The notes under the pieces are model-generated. The model did no database searches. It was not told the origin of the DNA and was given only the letters and a program-made list of their open reading frames with translations. Source: a virus (taxonomy: Duplodnaviria > Caudoviricetes). From it: a stretch of 50,092 bases of DNA. Below, piece by piece: positions 8,106 to 18,002 of the stretch (position 1 is its first letter; each line of letters begins with the position of its first letter). Where the stretch lies: positions 1-50,092 of the IMG/VR virus record IMGVR_UViG_3300031576_000068; one strand, written 5' to 3'. Position numbers and translations under genes: made by a program.

Positions 8106-9791
8106 ATGGCCGAACGTGAGCTCAATATCCTGATCCGGGTCAAGGACTTCTTTACCGGGCAGTTCAAGAAGCTCGGCGACTCTGTTCGAGGCGCCAAAGT
8201 TCCGATCAAGGAGCTCGGCGACGAAGGCGAGAAGACGGCCGGGGTGTTCTCGCGACTCGGGTCGGCCATCGCCTCGCGCTTCGTGATCACGCTTGGCGAC
8301 GTGGTGAACGTGGCGCGTCGCGTGGTCGATGCTTTCGGGTCGGTCATCCGCGCGGCTGAGGAGTCGCAGACCGCGCAGGTACGGCTGAACGAGGCCCTGC
8401 GGCAGACCGGCCAACTCACACCTGCTGCATCCAGGAACCTCCAGGAGCTTGCCTCGACGCTCCAGAAGGAAACGGTCTTTTCGGACGAGGCTATCCAGAG
8501 CGTCCAGCAGCTCCTGATCCAGTTCGGCCACCTAGCGGTCGACCAGGTGCCCCAGGCGACGCGGGCGGTGCTCGGCCTCGCGTCGGCGAAAGGAATCGAT
8601 CTCACGAGCGCGGCCACCATCGTGTCAAAGGCCGTCGCCGGCGAGGCCTCGGCGCTCACGCGCCTGGGAATCCAGATCGACACGACGAAGCAGGGGACAG
8701 AACTCTACGCCGAGATCATGGCCCGGCTGATCCCGCTGTATGGGCAGGCCACGACCGAGGCGCAGACCTTCCAGGGTGCGCTCGCGCGCATCAAGAATCA
8801 GTTTGACGAGCAGCTCGAGACCATCGGCAAGGCAGTCGTCGGTAACCGCGAGTTCGCCGTCGCTCTATCGGGCATCGCCGACGCGCTGGCCGACCCGCGG
8901 CTTGCCACGGCGGTGGCGAACCTCGCGACAGACATCGCGAACGTGACGACTGCGATCCTCGGGCTCATCCGGGACGTCGGGAGCAATGCCGACACGATAG
9001 GCCGCGTCTTCCAGGTCCTCGACGCCGTGGCGCGCCCGAGCCTTGAGAACTTCCAGGAGGCCTTCCGGGCCCTTGAAGAGCTGACGGGCGGCTTCACGGC
9101 AACGGCCAGCGCAGCAGAGGGACTGATTGCTGGGATCGGCGCCGCCTCGGCCACGGCGGCCCCACAGGTGGACCGGCTCTCAGACTCGCTCGGGCGGCAG
9201 GCGGCGGCTGCGAGCGAGGTGTCGGCGTCGCTCCTTGGAGCGGCAGAGAAGGCGGCGAAGACGCTCGGCGTGGTGCTTGACGCGGCCAACGCCTCGTTCA
9301 TCCGGGAGGAAGAGGTCGGCTCGGCCATTCAGGCGTTCACGGTGCTGGAAGGTCTGTTCAACCGCGGCAAGATCAGCGTGGACGCCTACAGGGTGGCGCA
9401 GGACAACCTCGACAAGGTGCTTCGCGGCGGCACGCTCGATTCGATCCAGAAGGTCGTCACGAAATTGGAAGAAGTGGCCCCCGCTGCAAACGCGGCCGGG
9501 GCCGCCGCTGGAGCTGCCATTGCCTCGGGGATTGAAGCCGGAGCCGCCCGCGCCATCGCGGCTGTGCAAACCATCATCTCGGCGTTCCAGGCAGCGGAGG
9601 CGGCGGGGGCTCGCGCTGGCGACCGGATCAACATCGGCGGTGGGGGGACGCGGCTTGTTCCGCGGCATGGCGAGACGATCCGCGTGAACGGGAGGCTGGT
9701 CACCTATCGCGCCGGAAGTCTCGCACCATCTCAGCCGTCGCGCTTCTTCGATCACCTCACGACGCAGACTTCGATCACCTCGCAGAACTGA
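8106..9791 (+). CDS. Tape measure protein
   Basis: 561 aa Ala-rich helical; MAERELNILIRVKD start; LASTLQKETVFSDEAI...GIDLTSAATIVSKAVAGEASALTRLGI core. Confidence 0.9.
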   Translation: MAERELNILIRVKDFFTGQFKKLGDSVRGAKVPIKELGDEGEKTAGVFSRLGSAIASRFVITLGDVVNVARRVVDAFGSVIRAAEESQTAQVRLNEALRQTGQLTPAASRNLQELASTLQKETVFSDEAIQSVQQLLIQFGHLAVDQVPQATRAVLGLASAKGIDLTSAATIVSKAVAGEASALTRLGIQIDTTKQGTELYAEIMARLIPLYGQATTEAQTFQGALARIKNQFDEQLETIGKAVVGNREFAVALSGIADALADPRLATAVANLATDIANVTTAILGLIRDVGSNADTIGRVFQVLDAVARPSLENFQEAFRALEELTGGFTATASAAEGLIAGIGAASATAAPQVDRLSDSLGRQAAAASEVSASLLGAAEKAAKTLGVVLDAANASFIREEEVGSAIQAFTVLEGLFNRGKISVDAYRVAQDNLDKVLRGGTLDSIQKVVTKLEEVAPAANAAGAAAGAAIASGIEAGAARAIAAVQTIISAFQAAEAAGARAGDRINIGGGGTRLVPRHGETIRVNGRLVTYRAGSLAPSQPSRFFDHLTTQTSITSQN

Positions 9792-9804
9792 GGAAGGCCG
9801 GTGA

Positions 9805-10605
9805 ATGGCGCTCTCCCCGATCAGCGTGAACTACAGGAGCCTGTTCGCCAATGGAACCCTCTCGGCCGCATCCGCCGGAACGACGTGGATTGAGGCGGTT
9901 AGGATCGCCGATCACTTTGTGAACCGGATCGCCAAGACGGCGGGCGTTGCTTCCGGCCTGACTGAGATCAAGATCGATCAGGGGGCGACGGTCGCGAACT
10001 ACGTCAGCCCCAACCGGCTCATCATCCCGGCGCGACACAACTTGGGCGTCGCGCTCACGCTGGCGTTCTCTGCTACAGACACGTGGCCCGGGACAACGGT
10101 CACCCTTTCGCCGTCCGCTACGCCGGTAGCCGGGACACTATTCTCGGCCACGTTCCCGAAGGTTACGGCCGCGTCGGGAAATAGATGGTGGCGACTCTCG
10201 TTCACGAAGACGGACGCGGTGATCGAGATCCCGGAGGTGTGGGTCACTCAAAAGATCGAGCTGGGGGAGTCAGAGACCGGCCTGACCGAACCGCGGGGGC
10301 CCGAAGCTCCGATGGATTTCCCTGTGCGCCGGAACATCGAGGAGATCATTACGCGGGAAGGTTCGCGGGCGGCGGTTGAAATAGGGACGGCCAGGCGCCA
10401 GATGGTGCTCCAGTCCTCGGGCCTGGGACCCACGGCATTCGGGGACTGGGAGGCGTTCCTAGTGAGCACCTCATACGGTCTCCGGCCCTTCTTCGTCGAT
10501 GACCCGCGCGGGGCTACCTGGTTCGCGACGGTTGATCTGGCGGCCCGCTCGCTCACCAACCCGGAACGCTGGACTGTCGAGATGCCGATCGTGGAGATTC
10601 CGTAG
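9805..10605 (+). CDS. Distal tail/baseplate protein
   Basis: Directly after TMP; RWWRLSF carbohydrate-binding-like strand and C-terminal GLRPFFVDDP. Confidence 0.6.
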   Translation: MALSPISVNYRSLFANGTLSAASAGTTWIEAVRIADHFVNRIAKTAGVASGLTEIKIDQGATVANYVSPNRLIIPARHNLGVALTLAFSATDTWPGTTVTLSPSATPVAGTLFSATFPKVTAASGNRWWRLSFTKTDAVIEIPEVWVTQKIELGESETGLTEPRGPEAPMDFPVRRNIEEIITREGSRAAVEIGTARRQMVLQSSGLGPTAFGDWEAFLVSTSYGLRPFFVDDPRGATWFATVDLAARSLTNPERWTVEMPIVEIP

Positions 10606-13187
10606 TGCTCTTGATCGACTCGACGCAGGATCTCCGGAGCCGGGCCGCGTTCATACGACCGGTCGTGCTCGTCACGATCACGGTCTCGGCACCGTCGGCG
10701 GCGACCTACCGGCTGTCCCACGACTTCCGGGTCTACGGGGCAAACGAATACCTTGATGCGCTGATTGAGGTGAGCCCGATAGTGACCGCAATCGGCCACC
10801 TCGGGAACGTCATGCGCCCCGAGACGATCTCGCTCAGGCTCCGGAACGACGAGCTAGGAGGGGAGCCGCTGCTAGATCTGTTCCTGTCGAGCGCCATTGA
10901 GGGCGCGCAGGTGCGGGTCGAGGAACTGCTCCTATCCACAGAAGAGTCACGCTTCAAGCCGACCAGCGCGGGGCCGGTGACCCGCTTCCTCGGGCGGATT
11001 AGGCGGGTGACGGATATCACGGCCCGGCAGTTCACCGTCGAATGCGTCGACGAGCTGATTGCGCTGGACGATGCGATCGACTGGTACACGGTGAAGGAAG
11101 CGGACGGCGCACCGAAGGAGGCGGTGGGGCTCAGGCTTCCGAAGGTCTACGGCTCGGGCGCACTGGTCAAGGCGGTCCCGTGGGATCGCGGCGCGTTCAC
11201 CACGCTCGGGCAGGATCTCACTCAGACGGCCACCGGCGCGATCAAGGTGGGGAGTACGAAGGATATTGTCGTCGCGGCTGGGTCTGGAGATGTGGTGGTT
11301 GGCGGCGAGGTCATGCACATAACCGCTAAAGACGATGCGGCCAGCACGATCACGGTCACTTTGCGCGGTCAGAGCGGCACGGCCGCCGTCCCGCACAAGA
11401 TCGGCGAGTCGGTCCTAGAGATTTCCCACGATAGCACGTGGATTGCTGCCGACGGGGGCGACAACAAGGCGGTGAGCCGCGTGTTCGTCCGCCGCCCAGG
11501 GACCGAGCAGCTCATCGACGTGACCTCGAAAGCGAGCGTGAACCTCACGCATTCGGGCCTCGTCTCCGGGCGCACGGTCGCGAGCGTCAAGATCACGAAG
11601 GCGAACCTTCAATCGCTCAAGCTGATCGACGACCTGATCCAGCAGCCGGTGCCGTCGGCGTCTCTCACGGAGATGGCGTTCGATGAAGCATGGGCAGTCA
11701 CCACAGACGGATCAACGAGCTTGCGTTTGGTTGGCTCGTCGTTATTGAGCGAGCCGCTGCTTGAAGGTGCCGCTGGCGGTACGTTCAACGAGCTGCATCG
11801 CTTCATCGGGCTCGCGAAGGATGATACGGCGATCGTCCAGAAGATCCGGGTCGGTTTCCTGGCCGACTACAAGCGGATCTTCACCGCGCAGAATGTCATC
11901 ACGGACGTGACGATTACGGGGCCGCTCGGGGTCATCCTCGCAACCACCGGCGTCAGCAGTAATACGAACGGAGCGAAAGTCGCACAAAGCGCTCTCGTGG
12001 ACATCGCGGCCTCCGGCTTCACGATCAACGACTTCGTTAACTCGGCCTTCTCCACGGTCGGCGCCCGTGTCTTCGTGAAGGTTACGACGAACAATGTGAC
12101 CGCGTTTCATACTGATCAGACGCAGGTCGCCTTCGGGAAGATCACCGTCGAGTTTCAGCTTGAACCGCTCTCCACTCGCGCCGCTTCCTTCTCCCCTGCG
12201 TTTGATCTGGAAATGTGGATCCAGATGGACGGCGCGAAGGTGCCATCAGCGGATGCGACCTACACGGTAGCGGCGGGAACACTCATCGAGAAGGACGTGG
12301 ATATTGCCCGGCACATACTCAAGAAACAACTGAAGGCCGGTGCACCATCACAGACTCTGGCTTCGGATTGGAACGCGCAGGCGGCACTTGACGGGACGAA
12401 CATCAAGCACGCCTTCGATCTGCGCGACGTGGGGCCCTCGCTTTCGGACGCTCTCGGGCGGCTGGCCGATGAGTCGCGGTTGAACGTGCTACTCGACGCC
12501 GGAACGTGGCGCGCCATCAGAAGGCGTACGCTTCCGCCGGGATACACGGCCGCAGACATCGAGATCCAGGAAGGTCAGACGGTCGGCGGACTCACGATCC
12601 AGCCGCGCGGCCTCGAAGAGATCGTGAATGCGGTCAAGGCCCGCTACCAGCGCAACCCGACTCTGGCCGGTGATGAAGGGTTCGAGGGATTGCGCGAGGC
12701 ATCCGACACAGCGAGTCAGGCCCTCTTCGGGGTGCGCGAGCATGAGGTCTTGTCATACCTGACGATCCTCGATCAGGCGACGGCCACGGATGCCCTGGCC
12801 GAGTACCTCCAGGAGATCGGGGACCGGCGCCTGGAGTTCCAGACGGACCTGCCCTATTACGAGGCCTATCTGTTCCAGGTCGGAGACGTGATTCGGGTCC
12901 TGTCGCCTTACAAATCGCAAACGGTGAGTGCGCGGATCGTCCGGCTGGAGCGCGATCTCGATAGCCAGGTCACGCGCCTCTCGCTCGTTCAGGTGCCCGG
13001 ACTGCTCTCCGCGTCGCGCCAAACGCGATTCGACGTGGCCGGGGTGCTCTCGCAATCGAGGCAGACCAAATTTGACGTTGCCGGGGTGCTCTCGCAATCG
13101 AGGCAGACCAAATTCGATGTGCTTCGGCAGCCGCCGAACCTCTTGGATGATGGTAGAAATCTTGATGATGGGAGCATTCTCGACTAG
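10605..13187 (+). CDS. Tail tip/hub protein (gpJ-like tip attachment)
   Basis: 860 aa; VGLRLPKVYG, IVNAVKARY, SQALFGVRE, FQVGDVIRV hub motifs. Confidence 0.8.
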   Translation: MLLIDSTQDLRSRAAFIRPVVLVTITVSAPSAATYRLSHDFRVYGANEYLDALIEVSPIVTAIGHLGNVMRPETISLRLRNDELGGEPLLDLFLSSAIEGAQVRVEELLLSTEESRFKPTSAGPVTRFLGRIRRVTDITARQFTVECVDELIALDDAIDWYTVKEADGAPKEAVGLRLPKVYGSGALVKAVPWDRGAFTTLGQDLTQTATGAIKVGSTKDIVVAAGSGDVVVGGEVMHITAKDDAASTITVTLRGQSGTAAVPHKIGESVLEISHDSTWIAADGGDNKAVSRVFVRRPGTEQLIDVTSKASVNLTHSGLVSGRTVASVKITKANLQSLKLIDDLIQQPVPSASLTEMAFDEAWAVTTDGSTSLRLVGSSLLSEPLLEGAAGGTFNELHRFIGLAKDDTAIVQKIRVGFLADYKRIFTAQNVITDVTITGPLGVILATTGVSSNTNGAKVAQSALVDIAASGFTINDFVNSAFSTVGARVFVKVTTNNVTAFHTDQTQVAFGKITVEFQLEPLSTRAASFSPAFDLEMWIQMDGAKVPSADATYTVAAGTLIEKDVDIARHILKKQLKAGAPSQTLASDWNAQAALDGTNIKHAFDLRDVGPSLSDALGRLADESRLNVLLDAGTWRAIRRRTLPPGYTAADIEIQEGQTVGGLTIQPRGLEEIVNAVKARYQRNPTLAGDEGFEGLREASDTASQALFGVREHEVLSYLTILDQATATDALAEYLQEIGDRRLEFQTDLPYYEAYLFQVGDVIRVLSPYKSQTVSARIVRLERDLDSQVTRLSLVQVPGLLSASRQTRFDVAGVLSQSRQTKFDVAGVLSQSRQTKFDVLRQPPNLLDDGRNLDDGSILD
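12999..13124 (+). repeat. Three 42-bp (14-aa) tandem repeats at hub C-terminus
   Basis: G(L/V)LS(A/Q)SRQT(R/K)FDV(A/L) x3; copies 2 and 3 nearly identical at DNA level. Confidence 0.9.
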
Positions 13188-13196
13188 GAGCATTTT

Positions 13197-14084
13197 GTGG
13201 CAGACCCCGGCGTGATTTCCGATTGGGATCAGACGAAGCCAATAAATGGAGCGGCCGACACCGCCCTGAATTTCAGAACGGGCTGGGGTGCGATCCAAGA
13301 TGCTCTTTTCGAAAACGAAGCGAGTTTCGACGGCGGCTTCATCCGCAGCGGACTGATTTCACGCGCATCGGCGACTACGCTCACCGTCACGCCGTGCATG
13401 GCCTGGGTCAGCACGACGAAGCGCCTCAAGAAGAAGACGACCTCCACGACTCTGGACATCACGACGAGCGGCGTGGCGGGGCTTGATACCGGCTCAGTCG
13501 CGGCGGATACCTGGTATTACATTTGGCTCATTCACGAGACGGCCACGGGCAACATCAGTTTCATGCTGAGCGCGTCGTCCACGACGCCGACGAACCCAAC
13601 GGGCTGGACCGCCGAGCGGCTGATCGATGCGTGGTGGCGCGGTGACGCCACAACCGGGCTCAAGCCCGGCTATACCCTCGGCGACGGGCGGATGCGCGAG
13701 CGCCACTGGGTCGGTGCGTTCGCGGACTCGACGAAGGACAGCCTGTTTCAACTTGAAAACGGGACGGCCACGAGCGCAACCTCGCTCAACCTCTCAACTC
13801 TCGGAGGCGTGCCGCCTGCGAACGTGGGCGATAACCTCGTCATCTTCCCGTCACGCATCCGCTTCTACATCCTGAAAACTGGCTCGGGAACGGACGGCCT
13901 CTTTACGCTTCAGCACAACACTGTGGTCTCCGGCGATGCGCTGGCGATGCACCTGGCGAAGAACTTCACGCCTTCGGAGCCCGGGCACTTCCTGCTCCCG
14001 GACGGACCGACGGTGAAATATAAGGTGAACGCGGCTGGGTTCGCGGCCTATTTCGGGATTGCCTCCTACACGTTCCTAGTCTGA
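13197..14084 (+). CDS. Tail fibre/tail-associated protein
   Basis: GLDTGSVAADTWYYIWLI...LSASSTTPTNPTGW motif common in phage tail fibres. Confidence 0.65.
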   Translation: MADPGVISDWDQTKPINGAADTALNFRTGWGAIQDALFENEASFDGGFIRSGLISRASATTLTVTPCMAWVSTTKRLKKKTTSTTLDITTSGVAGLDTGSVAADTWYYIWLIHETATGNISFMLSASSTTPTNPTGWTAERLIDAWWRGDATTGLKPGYTLGDGRMRERHWVGAFADSTKDSLFQLENGTATSATSLNLSTLGGVPPANVGDNLVIFPSRIRFYILKTGSGTDGLFTLQHNTVVSGDALAMHLAKNFTPSEPGHFLLPDGPTVKYKVNAAGFAAYFGIASYTFLV

Positions 14085-14096
14085 TAGGGAGCCAAC

Positions 14097-14591
14097 GTGG
14101 CGAACCAGGTTCAGCCGGCCGACGTTCAGATCCTGAAATGCGCGACCGGAATGCCCGCGCCGGACGATACCTCAACAACGATCGGTGGCGCACCCACAGG
14201 AACGCAGATCGCGGACGTCTCCGGCGACATCCTCGTGGAGCTCACCGTTAATAAGACGGCGAGCAAGACGCGCTATACGAAGGTCACGATCAAGAACAAT
14301 CACGGTTCGCTCACCATGACGGAGCCCACGGTCTACCTGGACAACGTGGAGCCGACCGACATCGCATTTGAGCTCGGCAAGGAGAACGCGGCCAACCAGA
14401 CGACGACTCAGGGAACGGCACCGGCCGGTGTGACATTCACCGCACAGGACGGCACGACTGCCGGGCGGGTGAGTCTCGGGGCGACGCTGGCGGCCAGCGC
14501 GTCGGTCGGCGTGTGGATCAAGGTTATCCTCGGGCAGAACGCGACGACTGCCACCGGGCACGTACTCAAACCGAAAGTAGAGTGGGTCTGA
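14097..14591 (+). CDS. Virion structural protein (beta-sandwich-like)
   Basis: 164 aa Thr-rich; APAGVTF...LGATLAASASVGVWIK pattern; GGGAG RBS. Confidence 0.55.
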   Translation: MANQVQPADVQILKCATGMPAPDDTSTTIGGAPTGTQIADVSGDILVELTVNKTASKTRYTKVTIKNNHGSLTMTEPTVYLDNVEPTDIAFELGKENAANQTTTQGTAPAGVTFTAQDGTTAGRVSLGATLAASASVGVWIKVILGQNATTATGHVLKPKVEWV

Positions 14592-15532
14592 TGCTGATTC
14601 ATACGCACGTCTCGACCAACACGGCTGTTCACCCGCCCTCGCGGATGGCCGTCACCATTCCGAGCGCGGACATGATCGAGCCGTCGTGGGACACGGCCGA
14701 GGACGGCGTGCGCATCTGCCGGGAGTACGGCGCGAAGCCAGGAGCGCTCATCATCGCCTACCGGACCCTCACGATGCCACTCCAAGGGAGTACCGTCTGT
14801 GGGGACGGCCCGTTGCCAGAGTCGGCTTGGCTCCATCACAAGGACGGCAAGCGGTGGAGGGTCATCGAAATTGAGTACGGGCAGCGCCGGGCCGCAAACT
14901 CACCTGGAGAGCAGGCGTGGGCCGAGGCGACGGGGTTCCTCAACCCGAAGGATCGGGCGGTCATGGAAGGGGCGCTTGGCGAGCGGGCTAGGCTTCGGGC
15001 GCTCGGCTACGCTGGGGTTCGCTACGATGAGACGGTGGTGGGCTGGGGCGCCGGGAACGCCATCGACTTCTCGGACTGCAAGGAGTTCTCCTCCGCCGCC
15101 TCCTACGCCTACCAGTTAGCCGCGCTGCTCCGGGAACTGCGCGTGCAGCCGGGCGGGTGGATACAACTCCCGTCCATCATCGACCCTGGGGCGCCCGATG
15201 TGTCGGGGATATTCTCGGCCTGCCGTGGAATCTCGACCGAGAACTTCCCAGCTGGGCATGGGCTCACGCCCGAGCGGTGGGCCACGCAGAGCATCCGCGC
15301 GCTTGACGTTGACTACGACGCGACCGAGCGGAGCGTATGCGTGAGCGCGGCCATGGCCTCCGCGCTCAGGCGTATCGGAGCGCGGTGTGACGTGATGGCG
15401 TTCGCCCGGTTCCCGCTGGGCCTTGGGGCGGTGTCGGGCATGGTGGCCGGATTCTCGGGCAGCCGCGTGTTCTTCAATCTCGACTCCATGCGCGACATGG
15501 TAACAGGCCAATTTGTCACTGGGCCGCGATGA
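14591..15532 (+). CDS. Putative TIM-barrel glycoside hydrolase-like protein
   Basis: ATG overlaps upstream TGA; PESAWLHHKDGKR, FLNP, GYAGVRYDE, GISTENF resemble GH-like barrels. Confidence 0.45.
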   Translation: MLIHTHVSTNTAVHPPSRMAVTIPSADMIEPSWDTAEDGVRICREYGAKPGALIIAYRTLTMPLQGSTVCGDGPLPESAWLHHKDGKRWRVIEIEYGQRRAANSPGEQAWAEATGFLNPKDRAVMEGALGERARLRALGYAGVRYDETVVGWGAGNAIDFSDCKEFSSAASYAYQLAALLRELRVQPGGWIQLPSIIDPGAPDVSGIFSACRGISTENFPAGHGLTPERWATQSIRALDVDYDATERSVCVSAAMASALRRIGARCDVMAFARFPLGLGAVSGMVAGFSGSRVFFNLDSMRDMVTGQFVTGPR

Positions 15533-15614
15533 ACTAGCGGGCGCCATTGGGCGCGCTTTGCGATTTCGTTCTAGGCTAATTATCGCGGCAACATAGCGCG
15601 CGACGAGGTTTCTA

Positions 15615-15731
15615 ATGGAGAACCTTCTGCTCGCCTGTATCTATTTCGCCACCGGCTTCATCTGCGGCTGGTATGCCGCGCAATTCTTCTACCGCCAGCG
15701 GAGGTCCATCGGTGGGAAAGGGCCTGGCTGA
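15615..15731 (+). CDS. 38-aa membrane peptide (not in ORF track)
   Basis: GAGG RBS; MENLLLACIYFATGFICGWYAAQFFYRQRRSIGGKGPG: one TM plus basic tail. Confidence 0.5.
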   Translation: MENLLLACIYFATGFICGWYAAQFFYRQRRSIGGKGPG

Positions 15732-15942
15732 CCTCGTTGCGGCCGGTGCTTTGGCGCTCATGTCGATAGGGCTGACCATCTACCTCATCGTCGAAGTGAC
15801 CTTGCGAGGTCACGAGCCGAATAGCCTTCTCGTCGGGGCGATGGGCGCGATCATCGGCGGCGCGTGGGCGCACCTGCGGATATCCAAGCATCGGCGCAAC
15901 GGCAAGGGAGCGAAGGATGATCGCGATGCTGGCGCATCTTGA
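15712..15942 (+). CDS. Holin candidate (2 TM)
   Basis: GGAGGT RBS, GTG start, two hydrophobic segments and charged C-tail, upstream of endolysin. Confidence 0.6.
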   Translation: MGKGLADLVAAGALALMSIGLTIYLIVEVTLRGHEPNSLLVGAMGAIIGGAWAHLRISKHRRNGKGAKDDRDAGAS

Positions 15943-16060
15943 GCGCGCATTCCCGAGCCTCATGGCAACGCTCTACTGGTCTGAGCTCGCGGCGATGGTG
16001 GGGGTGCCTCCGTCATCTGAAGAATCGTTCTGGAAGCGGCTATTCGGCGGTGATGGATGA
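15917..16060 (+). CDS. 47-aa hypothetical protein (not in ORF track)
   Basis: MIAMLAHLERAF...FWKRLFGGDG; fills the gap and its stop overlaps the endolysin start. Confidence 0.45.
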   Translation: MIAMLAHLERAFPSLMATLYWSELAAMVGVPPSSEESFWKRLFGGDG

Positions 16061-16662
16061 TGGCCGACTTTCCCAGGGCCTTCGCGGCCGTCGTCGATCG
16101 CTGGGAGGGGCGGCTTTCGCGCAACAGGCTGGACCCGGGCGGCATGACCTACAAAGGCCGCTCCCGCGCATCCCATCCGACGTGGCCCGGCTGGACGCGG
16201 ATCGACGCGCTGTCCAAGCTGCCTGGGTTCCCGGGCAACCTCGAAGCTGACGTTGAGCTTCAGCGCATGCTCAAGGACTCGTACCGGGCGGGCGAGTGGG
16301 GGGACATCCGCGGCTCGGAGATCCCATCGCAGCCGGTCGCAGACGAGATGCTCGATCAGGCGACGCTGGAGGGTCCCGGGACCGCGATCACGCTGCTCCA
16401 GTATGCGCTCAACGCCTGCAACAAGGGGGGCGTGCTCTACGCGGACGTGAAGCTGGACGGCGGATTTGGAGACCGAACGATGGAGGCGCTGATCACGGTG
16501 CTGGCCAAGGGGCGGGAGAGGACGCTGACGAAGACCCTGAACGTGCTCCAGGGATTCTATCTGCTCGTAGGGCGTGACCTGCTCGACTACCTCAAGGCAC
16601 ACCCGACCCCGGCGTGGCGCGAGGAGTTCTGGAGCGGGTGGCTGGAGCGGATTTCAGTCTGA
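16057..16662 (+). CDS. Endolysin, glycoside hydrolase family 108 with peptidoglycan-binding domain
   Basis: WEG...DPGGMTYKG...HPTWPGW catalytic region; LLQYALN...DGGFGDRT; C-terminal FWSGWLER. Confidence 0.9.
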   Translation: MMADFPRAFAAVVDRWEGRLSRNRLDPGGMTYKGRSRASHPTWPGWTRIDALSKLPGFPGNLEADVELQRMLKDSYRAGEWGDIRGSEIPSQPVADEMLDQATLEGPGTAITLLQYALNACNKGGVLYADVKLDGGFGDRTMEALITVLAKGRERTLTKTLNVLQGFYLLVGRDLLDYLKAHPTPAWREEFWSGWLERISV

Positions 16663-16737
16663 CGGGACGTAGCGCAGCGGAAGCGCATCCGGCCTGGGAC
16701 CGGAGGGTCGCCCGTTCGATCCGGGCCGTCCCGACCA
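16663..16737 (+). tRNA. tRNA-Pro (UGG), CCA encoded
   Basis: Acceptor CGGGACG/CGTCCCG-A-CCA; D arm GCGC/GCGC; anticodon stem TCCGG/CCGGA, loop CCTGGGA; T arm GCCCG-TTCGATC-CGGGC. Confidence 0.92.
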
Positions 16738-16782
16738 TAGCATCCCTAGCTAGTAGATCCGTAGCCAAGGAGGGCGATCGCC

Positions 16783-17097
16783 ATGCAGGTTTCCGCGCGC
16801 ACGAAGCGGTCGCCCTCCCTGTCACAGGCCCGTGTGATCGATGTTGTGCCGTCGGTGCCTCGTGGGCATTCTGGGGGGGAAGCGCAGGAGAACCGCGGCC
16901 AGCACGGGAGCGGGTCGGTCGTCCGTCAGAGCGATCGGCCCGCTCCTCGTTTGAAGGAAGTCGGCTGGTACGAAACGCAGTTCGCGCTCGGCGACCTCGT
17001 AGACGTGCGGCACACGGCGCTGGTCCCTGAAGGCGACGAGGCGCGGGTGATCCCGATCGGGGATGCCGATCTGATCGTGGCACCGGCTTACTTCTGA
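16783..17097 (+). CDS. Hypothetical protein
   Basis: AAGGAGG RBS, 104 aa. Confidence 0.55.
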   Translation: MQVSARTKRSPSLSQARVIDVVPSVPRGHSGGEAQENRGQHGSGSVVRQSDRPAPRLKEVGWYETQFALGDLVDVRHTALVPEGDEARVIPIGDADLIVAPAYF

Positions 17098-17137
17098 AAG
17101 GATCTACTCTGTAATCATATACCAGTGAGGAGGCCGC

Positions 17138-17407
17138 ATGCCCGCACCGAAGACGAAGCGCCAGAAGCTGCTCGGCTCGACGCTCGCTGGGAAGATGGGG
17201 CGCGCCATCCTGCTCGCGGCGCTGCTCGCGGCCGGCGGCGTGGTGGCCGACGAGATCCCTGCCCTCAGACCATACATCGCCATGCTGATCGGCGTGCTGA
17301 CGACGGGCGTCCCTGTCCTGGCCCCCGCGCCCGAGAAGGCCGCGCCGCCGGCGAACGAGCCCGCGCCGAATCAGATCGACCCGGGCGCGGCAATGAAGAA
17401 GGGGTGA
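17138..17407 (+). CDS. Holin-like membrane protein (2 TM)
   Basis: GAGGAGG RBS; two hydrophobic helices; Pro-rich tail. Confidence 0.55.
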   Translation: MPAPKTKRQKLLGSTLAGKMGRAILLAALLAAGGVVADEIPALRPYIAMLIGVLTTGVPVLAPAPEKAAPPANEPAPNQIDPGAAMKKG

Positions 17408-17439
17408 CGATGCCGACCCCCCAAGCCGCCATCCTCTAG

Positions 17440-17652
17440 GTGATCACCCTCGAACCCGACGCCCTGTCGGTCATCCGCGCCCACTCCCGGCACGGGGCGC
17501 AGGGATACGGGGTTGCCCTCATGATGCTGGCCGAGCTCGAGGCGTGGATCGCGCAGGTGAAGGCGGACGGGCTGCGGCCTGAGGACGCGATCCTGATCCG
17601 ACTGGCGGTGAGCGGGGAGTGCCAGGGGCCGCGGGCGACGGAAGTGAGCTGA
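17440..17652 (+). CDS. Hypothetical protein
   Basis: 70 aa, tightly packed in + strand operon. Confidence 0.45.
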   Translation: MITLEPDALSVIRAHSRHGAQGYGVALMMLAELEAWIAQVKADGLRPEDAILIRLAVSGECQGPRATEVS

Positions 17653-18002
17653 TGGCGACGCTTCCCAAGATCCGGATCACGGGCGTCCTTTTCATCCTTT
17701 GCGCGATGGGCTTCCACGACGATTGTCCGGGGCATTGGCACGGGGATCGCCTGAGCGTGATGATCTGCTCGTGCATCCACCATAGGCTTCATCGGAGCGC
17801 GGTGGAGAACTGAGATGTTCGAGATCCCGAAGTGGTGGCGCCGCCGGTCGTGGCAGGACATCCCCCCGGACCCGTGCTGTCCCGCGCCCCAGACGCCGGA
17901 GTCCATGACCCAACCTCCGAATCATGGAGGCTCGCTCGCGGGCCCTGCCGAGAAGACGCCGTCGAAGAGGAAACTCTGGTTCTCGTGGACGTGGAGGTGG
18001 TG

